In this document: piece after piece, positions 58,171-64,000 of the stretch
Numbering within the stretch: the stretch's first letter is position 1
How the letters are laid out: each line of letters opens with the position of its first letter
The notes under the pieces: generated by a model
Database searches by the model: none
Told to the model about the DNA's origin: nothing
Seen by the model: only the letters and a program-made list of their open reading frames with translations
Position numbers and translations under genes: made by a program
Assembly: GCA_963662465.1 (NCBI GenBank)
Contig: OY759599.1
Span: 2,208,001-2,272,000, forward strand
Origin: Desulfatiglandales bacterium
GTDB taxonomy: Bacteria > Desulfobacterota > DSM-4660 > Desulfatiglandales > Desulfatiglandaceae
DNA length: 64,000 bases
Direction of reading: 5' to 3'

Positions 58171-60096
58171 ATGCCAAGGATAAATTCACCCGCTGAATTG
58201 GAAGAATTCAGGAAGGACATTATATCAAGAAGGGATCCCAACACGCCTTGTATTGCTGTATGTACCGGAACGGGCTGCCTTGCTCTCGGTGCGGGCAAAG
58301 TGGTCGCCGCTCTCAAGGAGGAAATCGAAAAACAGGGTCTCGATACCCAGATTGTGGACATGAGGGAGACCGGCTGTCCCGGCTTTTGTGAAAGAGGTCC
58401 CATTGTTGTGATCTATCCTGAGGAGACATGTTATCTTCAGGTGCAACCGGACGATGCAGAGGAGATTATTTCCGAGACCATTGTTGGGAAAAAGGTCATT
58501 GACAGATTGCTCTATGTGGATCCCGAAAGCGGCAAGACCATCGCCCGAGAATCTGAGATCCCATTTTACAAGAATCAGATGCGGCGCTTGATCGGCAATA
58601 ATATCAAAATCAACCCCAAGAGCCTCGAAGACTATCTGGCTGTGGGTGGGTATTCCGCATTATCAAAAGCCCTTGCTCAGGAGACGCCTGAGCAGGTGGT
58701 GGAACTTGTGAAAAGCTCCGGATTGAGAGGGCGGGGCGGCGCGGGATTTCCCACCGGGCTGAAGTGGGGGTTTGCACGGGCTAGTTCTGAAAAGACCAAG
58801 TATGTGATCGTCAATGCCGATGAGGGCGATCCCGGCGCCTTTATGGACAGGGCGCTGCTTGAGGGAAATCCCTTTGCTGTCCTTGAAGGCCTGATCATCG
58901 GCGGGTATGCCATCGGCGCCGGCGAGGGGTATCTTTATGTCCGGCAGGAATACCCCCTGGCCGTGGAAAATGTAACCCTTGCCATCAAGCAGGCCGAGGA
59001 ATATGGATTAATCGGAAAAAATATCCTGGGTTCGGGATTCGATTTCAAAGTTACCGTGCATCGGGGCGCCGGTGCTTTTGTTTGCGGTGAGGAGACGGCC
59101 CTTTTGGCGTCTTTGGAGGGAAAACCCGGCGAGCCAAAGCCAAGACCGCCGTTCCCGGCGGCAAAAGGACTTTTCGGCAAACCCACCAATATTAATAATG
59201 TGGAGACCTGGTCCAATATTCCCCTGATTATTAATCATGGGTCTGAATACTTATCGTCCATCGGCACCGAGAACAGTAAAGGCACCAAAATTTTCTCGCT
59301 CGTCGGGAAGGTAACGAATACCGGCCTTGTGGAAGTTCCCATGGGTATTACCCTGAGAGATATTATATTCAAGATCGGCGGCGGTGTTCCCGGAGGCAAG
59401 AAATTCAAGGCCGTTCAGACCGGTGGGCCGTCAGGCGGTTGTATCCCTGAAGAATCCTTGGATATCAAAGTCGACTTTGATGAATTGGCCAAGGTCGGCG
59501 CGATTATGGGGTCCGGCGGAATGATCGTCATGGATGAAGATACCTGTATGATAGATGTCGCCAAGTATTTTCTTAAATTTTTATCCGGTGAATCGTGCGG
59601 TAAATGCTCTCCTTGCCGTGAGGGCATCACACACATGCTTTCAATCCTGACGAGAATCAGTGAAGGCAAGGGGCGAGAGGGTGATATCGAGTTGCTGGAA
59701 GAGCTCGCTCTATCCACTAAGAGTGCATCCCTTTGCGCCCTGGGCGGGAGCGCGCCGAATCCGGTTCTGAGTACCATACGCTATTTCAGGGATGAGTATG
59801 AAGCCCATATCAGGGACAAGAGATGCCCGGCGTTTGCTTGCAAGGCCCTGATTTCTTACTACATTGATCCGGAAAAGTGCAAGGCTTGTATGATTTGCGG
59901 TCGAAAATGCCCCGCCGGCGCCATTGACGGCGCTAAAAAGAAGATCCATATTATTGACCAGGATAAATGCACAAAATGTGGTACATGTTATGAGGTTTGT
60001 CCCTCGCGCTTTGGTGCGGTAACAAGGCTGTCCGGCGAACCTGTTCCGGATCCTATCCCTGAAGAAGAAAGAGCTATCGTAGGAAAGAGCAAATAA
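58171..60096 (+). CDS. bamH: NuoF-like NADH/FMN-binding subunit BamH
   Basis: GLRGRGGAGFPTG, NADEGDPG, GAFVCGEETAL, ESCGKCSPCREG. Confidence 0.92.
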   Translation: MPRINSPAELEEFRKDIISRRDPNTPCIAVCTGTGCLALGAGKVVAALKEEIEKQGLDTQIVDMRETGCPGFCERGPIVVIYPEETCYLQVQPDDAEEIISETIVGKKVIDRLLYVDPESGKTIARESEIPFYKNQMRRLIGNNIKINPKSLEDYLAVGGYSALSKALAQETPEQVVELVKSSGLRGRGGAGFPTGLKWGFARASSEKTKYVIVNADEGDPGAFMDRALLEGNPFAVLEGLIIGGYAIGAGEGYLYVRQEYPLAVENVTLAIKQAEEYGLIGKNILGSGFDFKVTVHRGAGAFVCGEETALLASLEGKPGEPKPRPPFPAAKGLFGKPTNINNVETWSNIPLIINHGSEYLSSIGTENSKGTKIFSLVGKVTNTGLVEVPMGITLRDIIFKIGGGVPGGKKFKAVQTGGPSGGCIPEESLDIKVDFDELAKVGAIMGSGGMIVMDEDTCMIDVAKYFLKFLSGESCGKCSPCREGITHMLSILTRISEGKGREGDIELLEELALSTKSASLCALGGSAPNPVLSTIRYFRDEYEAHIRDKRCPAFACKALISYYIDPEKCKACMICGRKCPAGAIDGAKKKIHIIDQDKCTKCGTCYEVCPSRFGAVTRLSGEPVPDPIPEEERAIVGKSK

Positions 60097-60097
60097 A

Positions 60098-60730
60098 ATG
60101 AGCAAAATTCATTTACAGATCGATGGAAGAGAAGTCGAAGCGGAAGAAGGGATGACCATCCTGGAAGCTGCCCGTAGTGTGGGGATCAATATTCCGACCC
60201 TTTGTTATCACGAGCTGTTGGAACCCTATGGGGCTTGCCGAATTTGCGTGGTTGAAGTGGAAGCCGGCGGCAGAAAAGGTCTTGCCGCAGCTTGCGTTCG
60301 TCCGGTAGACCAAAACATGGTCGTCATTACTCGAAATGAACAAATCAATGGCATACGCAAAATATTGATAGAGCAGTTTCTGGCTCATGCGCCGGATTCC
60401 GAAATCCTGTTGAAATTGGGTGAAGAGTACGGCGCCGATAAGGATCGATTTGAAAAACAGTCCACTTTCTGCATTCTGTGCGGCCTTTGTGTGAGATATT
60501 GTGCTGAGGTTAAAAAGAAAAACGCCATCGGGTTTTTTGACAGAGGCTCAACCCGGGAAATAAAATTCATTCCTGAGATTGCCGCCAAGGCGTGTAAAGA
60601 TTGCAAAGAATGTTTTCCGCTCTGCCCGACATCGTATCTGCAGGCTGCTTATCATTTGACCGAAGCGCTCGCGTTTCCTTCAACTCCTTTTGAAAAAGGA
60701 AAAGTGTTTGATGAAAATAAACAAGATTGA
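60098..60730 (+). CDS. bamI: NuoG N-terminal-like Fe-S subunit BamI
   Basis: IPTLCYH..GACRICVVE, CILCGLCVRYC, CKDCKECFPLCP. Confidence 0.88.
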   Translation: MSKIHLQIDGREVEAEEGMTILEAARSVGINIPTLCYHELLEPYGACRICVVEVEAGGRKGLAAACVRPVDQNMVVITRNEQINGIRKILIEQFLAHAPDSEILLKLGEEYGADKDRFEKQSTFCILCGLCVRYCAEVKKKNAIGFFDRGSTREIKFIPEIAAKACKDCKECFPLCPTSYLQAAYHLTEALAFPSTPFEKGKVFDENKQD

Positions 60731-61139
60731 TCATATGTGTATTGCGGTTAAGGATCTGGAGGCAGCCAAGAAGGTCTGGGAGCCCATGTTGGGCAAGTCA
60801 GGTCCTGATGACGCCTATGTCAGTGAACCTGAGAAGATCAATGTGGCCAGATACTGGATCGGCGAGGTCGGATTTGAGTTGATGGAATCAACCTCTCCCG
60901 ATGGAGACGTGGCAAAGTTCATCGCCAAAAACGGTGAGGGCGTGATGCTCGTAACGTTTAACGTGGACAACACCCGAAAGGCCATTGATGAACTGAAAGC
61001 GAACTATCCGTTCATTCCGGATTCAAAAGGCGAGGTTGCAAGACCTTTTCGGGACTGCGAATTTGCCTTTATACATCCCAAAAAACTAAATGGCGTTCTG
61101 ACCGAGCTGATTGATTATAAATGGGACGAATTCAAATAA
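60711..61139 (+). CDS. VOC-family protein (methylmalonyl-CoA epimerase-like), copy 2
   Basis: Near-identical protein to 49385-49804. Confidence 0.88.
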   Translation: MKINKIDHMCIAVKDLEAAKKVWEPMLGKSGPDDAYVSEPEKINVARYWIGEVGFELMESTSPDGDVAKFIAKNGEGVMLVTFNVDNTRKAIDELKANYPFIPDSKGEVARPFRDCEFAFIHPKKLNGVLTELIDYKWDEFK

Positions 61140-61212
61140 AAATAAGACAATAACGCCTGACAGTTTGATAGCTAAAAAAATAGTGAAAAGTAAGTAAGGA
61201 AAAAGACGAAAA

Positions 61213-61542
61213 ATGAAAACCAAAGCGATCAAACTGAAAGGCTTTCAAAAAAAATATCTACGAGGTCTCGCCCACAACACAAAACCCGTTGTCTTTATCG
61301 GCCAGAAAGGGATCACCGAGACCTTAAATCGTTCCATAGACGATGCCTTGACCGCCCATGAATTGATCAAGGTGAAATATATCGATTTTAAGGAAAAAGA
61401 GAAAAAAACAGAGTTTGCCGGGATTATCGAAAAAACCCATCACTGCGAAATGGCGGGGATGATTGGACACACCGCCATATTTTACCGCCAACACCCGGAC
61501 GAAGAAAAGCGAAAGATTGCCGTTCCATCGAGAGAGTCGTGA
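61213..61542 (+). CDS. yhbY: YhbY/CRM-domain RNA-binding protein
   Basis: YLRGLAH..KPVVFIGQKG..HELIKVK..IGHTAIFYR. Confidence 0.92.
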   Translation: MKTKAIKLKGFQKKYLRGLAHNTKPVVFIGQKGITETLNRSIDDALTAHELIKVKYIDFKEKEKKTEFAGIIEKTHHCEMAGMIGHTAIFYRQHPDEEKRKIAVPSRES

Positions 61543-61759
61543 AGGCCTTTTTCCATTTACGGGGAACATCCTCTAAAAAACTGAACATCTCCTCCTGATA
61601 TTGCCGTCCTTTTCCAAACTTATCTGAAAACTGCTAATGGGTATGTTTTTTTGTGACCAAATCCGACGGTCAGGTGTATATCCCTCAACGTCAACGGGAT
61701 GGTTCTGATTCTTACGCATAGCCCTGTCGCACACTTTTTTTGGAGAAAGGAGTTTTATC

Positions 61760-63619
61760 ATGAAAAAAACACACCCTAAAATGTCTAAACTGCTGATCTT
61801 TGCCGCAATGATACTGGCTTTCGCGGCCCCTTCCCTGGGCCAGGTTCCAGAAAAGGTCTTTGCACCCTACGTGGATGTATTGCTCTATCCAGCCTTTTCC
61901 ATAAACGACGCCTTTGATGAAACCGGGCAGCCTTACTTCACCCTGGCGTTCATCACCAGCGATGCCGACTGTAAACCCGCGTGGGGCGGGGTCGTCTCTC
62001 TCGACGACAACCATTTCATGGATGAAGTCACCGCCATAAGGCAGAAAGGCGGGGATGTCATTATCTCATTCGGCGGCGCCAACGGCACGGAACTGGCCAT
62101 GTGCCATAGCGATCCCAGCGTCCTTCAGGCCGCCTATCAGTCGGTCATTGACAAATACCGGGTCACCTGGGTGGACTTTGACATTGAGGGGTGGGCCGTT
62201 GCCGACAGACCCTCCATTGATCTCAGGAATAAGGCCATTAAAGGCTTGCAGGCGGCAAATCCCGAGCTAAGAGTGGCTTTCTGTTTGCCGGTTCTGCCAT
62301 CGGGGCTGACCCCGGATGGAATTTATGTGCTGGAAAATGCCCGGGCCAACGACGTCAGGGTGGATGTCGTCAATGTGATGGCCATGGATTATGGCGATTG
62401 GGCGGCGCCCAATCCGGAAGGAAACATGGGGCAGTATGCCATTGATGCAACTTATAACACCTATCAGCAGGCCCTTGGTTTGGGCCTTGCCCCCTTAATG
62501 GGCATTACACCCATGATCGGCCAGAATGATGTGCCCTCCGAGCGCTTTTATCTGTCGGATGCCCAAGAAGTGCTGTCCTGGGCTGAATCCACAAACTGGG
62601 TCACCATGCTCTCCATGTGGTCCGCCAACCGGGACAACGGCCATTGCGCCGACAAGGCCTGGGCCGATCCTACCTGCACCGGTTTGAATCAGGAAGACTT
62701 TGCCTTCACCGATATTTTTGCCCAATTTACCAGCGGCGGCGGCAACATCAGCCCTCAAATAACCATGCGATCCCCGATGGAAGGAGACATCTTCGATCCC
62801 GGCGACACCATCGTCCTTTCCGCTGATGCAACGGACAGCGACGGAACCGTTGTTCAAGTGGAATTCTTCGCCGGCGATGTATCCCTCGGCGTGGACCTGG
62901 AGTTCCCCTACGAACTTTCATGGGAAAACGTTTCCAAAGGGGTCTATACCATCACCGCAGCGGCAACCGACAACCTGGGCGCCACGGGTCGATCCACTGC
63001 CATTGAGATTACCGTGGGCGGAGGAACTTCACCTTCCACATGGGATCCATCGGCAATCTACACAGCCGGCGATGAAGTCTGTCACAACGGAATCACCTGG
63101 CAGGCCAAATGGTGGACCCGGGGTGAAGAACCCGGCACGACGGGCCAGTGGGGCGTATGGAAAGAAATGGGCTGGTGCGACGGCAATATCGCCCCCACAG
63201 TCGCCGTCACCTCGCCTTCGGAAGGAACGATGTTCGAGTCCGGCGACACGGTAGCGCTTTCAGCCGATGCAAGGGATTCCGATGGAACCGTTATCCAGGT
63301 GGCGTTCTTCGCTGACGGCGTATCCCTCGGCGTAGACCTGGATTCTCCCTATGCGCTTTCATGGGAAGATGTTCCCAAAGGCGTCTATGCCATCACCGCC
63401 GCGGCAACCGATAACCAGGGCGCCACAAGTCAATCCTCCGCCATTCAGATCACCGTGGGCAAAACCGTCGTTCCCGCATCCCCCTGGAGTGCATCGGAAA
63501 TCTACGTGGGCGGCGATAAAGTCTCCCACAACGGAAGACTGTGGCAGGCTAAATGGTGGACCCGGGGTGAAGAACCGGGGACAACCGGACAATGGGGGGT
63601 ATGGGAAGCACTAAGCTGA
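61760..63619 (+). CDS. Secreted GH18 chitinase with two (Ig-like + CBM5/12) modules
   Basis: Signal peptide, FAPYVD, ISFGGA, DFDIE (DxDxE), NVMAMDYG; WQAKWWTRGEEPG twice. Confidence 0.92.
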   Translation: MKKTHPKMSKLLIFAAMILAFAAPSLGQVPEKVFAPYVDVLLYPAFSINDAFDETGQPYFTLAFITSDADCKPAWGGVVSLDDNHFMDEVTAIRQKGGDVIISFGGANGTELAMCHSDPSVLQAAYQSVIDKYRVTWVDFDIEGWAVADRPSIDLRNKAIKGLQAANPELRVAFCLPVLPSGLTPDGIYVLENARANDVRVDVVNVMAMDYGDWAAPNPEGNMGQYAIDATYNTYQQALGLGLAPLMGITPMIGQNDVPSERFYLSDAQEVLSWAESTNWVTMLSMWSANRDNGHCADKAWADPTCTGLNQEDFAFTDIFAQFTSGGGNISPQITMRSPMEGDIFDPGDTIVLSADATDSDGTVVQVEFFAGDVSLGVDLEFPYELSWENVSKGVYTITAAATDNLGATGRSTAIEITVGGGTSPSTWDPSAIYTAGDEVCHNGITWQAKWWTRGEEPGTTGQWGVWKEMGWCDGNIAPTVAVTSPSEGTMFESGDTVALSADARDSDGTVIQVAFFADGVSLGVDLDSPYALSWEDVPKGVYAITAAATDNQGATSQSSAIQITVGKTVVPASPWSASEIYVGGDKVSHNGRLWQAKWWTRGEEPGTTGQWGVWEALS

Positions 63620-63630
63620 TCGTTCCGGAT

Positions 63631-63660
63631 AAAAGCATCCCATCATATGGGATGCTTTTC
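63631..63660 (+). terminator. Intrinsic terminator after the chitinase gene
   Basis: AAAAGCATCCCAT-CAT-ATGGGATGCTTTT. Confidence 0.8.
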
Positions 63661-63719
63661 GCCTCTTTACTATCCATTCAAACAAGTCTGGAAAATCTCT
63701 CTCGAATAATCGTTCAGCT

Positions 63720-63841
63720 GCTGTTGTTCCGTCGAATCTCATCAAAGCAAAGTTCTGAAATTCGGGCCTTTACAATCCCACTTAACATTGTTAGTTTTTC
63801 GAACCGGCTTCTGATCCGCGAGATGCCGATGGAAAAACAGC
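63720..63841. repeat. Long imperfect intergenic hairpin
   Basis: GCTGTTGTTCCGTCGAATCTC-ATCA-AAGC-GTTC-GAAA pairs with TTTC-GAAC-GCTT-TGAT-GAGATGCCGATGGAAAAACAGC; loop about 35 nt. Confidence 0.55.
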
Positions 63842-63893
63842 CGGTACGCTTAAACAGACAACCCCAGCAACTTGTAAAAATGAAGGAGACCTT

Positions 63894-64000
63894 ATGGCGC
63901 TACCCGAAAAAAACACGGAAGTCCCATTAAACGACATCCAAATAATCTGTCAAGAGTATGGCTTGTTGGATCTCTGGAAAAAAATCGAAAATGACCCGCC
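63894..64000 (+). CDS. Start of a hypothetical protein (runs off the window)
   Basis: AAGGAG RBS + MALPEKNTEVPLNDIQIICQEYGLLDLWKKIENDP, open to the window end. Confidence 0.55.
   Translation, partial: MALPEKNTEVPLNDIQIICQEYGLLDLWKKIENDP

Noticed and set aside
57709..60730. Respiratory complex I or hydrogenase genes
   Set aside because: No membrane Nuo subunits or hydrogenase active-site subunit; the context fits bamGHI.
61543..61759. Riboswitch upstream of the chitinase
   Set aside because: Only short hairpins; no aptamer consensus recognised.
63720..63841. 6S RNA
   Set aside because: Too short, and the large unpaired region is terminal rather than a central bubble.
63592..63930. 112 aa ORF
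   Set aside because: It spans a terminator and a hairpin, and a better RBS-led ORF starts at 63894 in another frame.

Overview
Chromosomal segment from what is most likely an anaerobic, selenium-using Desulfobacterota (Desulfobacteria-like) organism; the taxon is inferred from gene content. Housekeeping genes include the rtcB 3' end, hpt, rex, rnhA, htpG, murI, nudC, prfC, rmuC, yhbY, and amtB with a sigma54 promoter, alongside K+ transporters, MscS and four PAS sensor kinases. Main points: (1) a complete class II benzoyl-CoA-reductase-like cluster (bamBCDEFGHI, 49855-60730) whose BamB looks altered in the active-site region, preceded by TetR and bracketed by two near-identical VOC genes; (2) two in-frame UGA genes that the ORF track splits or truncates, namely a BamF/MvhD selenoprotein and a candidate secreted DUF1573-like selenoprotein (PG-U-GC); (3) two unrelated toxin-antitoxin-like cassettes, each in a ~0.84 kb unit bounded by a duplicated 74-83 bp 3' end of a host gene, with no recombinase nearby; (4) a 2608 bp IS with 20-bp inverted repeats and a 6-bp target duplication that splits an ABC permease/substrate-binding fusion gene; (5) many REP/MITE-like palindromes, several lying exactly on stop codons or gene breakpoints; (6) a secreted multidomain GH18 chitinase. 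No rRNA, tRNA or CRISPR array was seen. All family calls come from motif recognition by eye; no database search was run.
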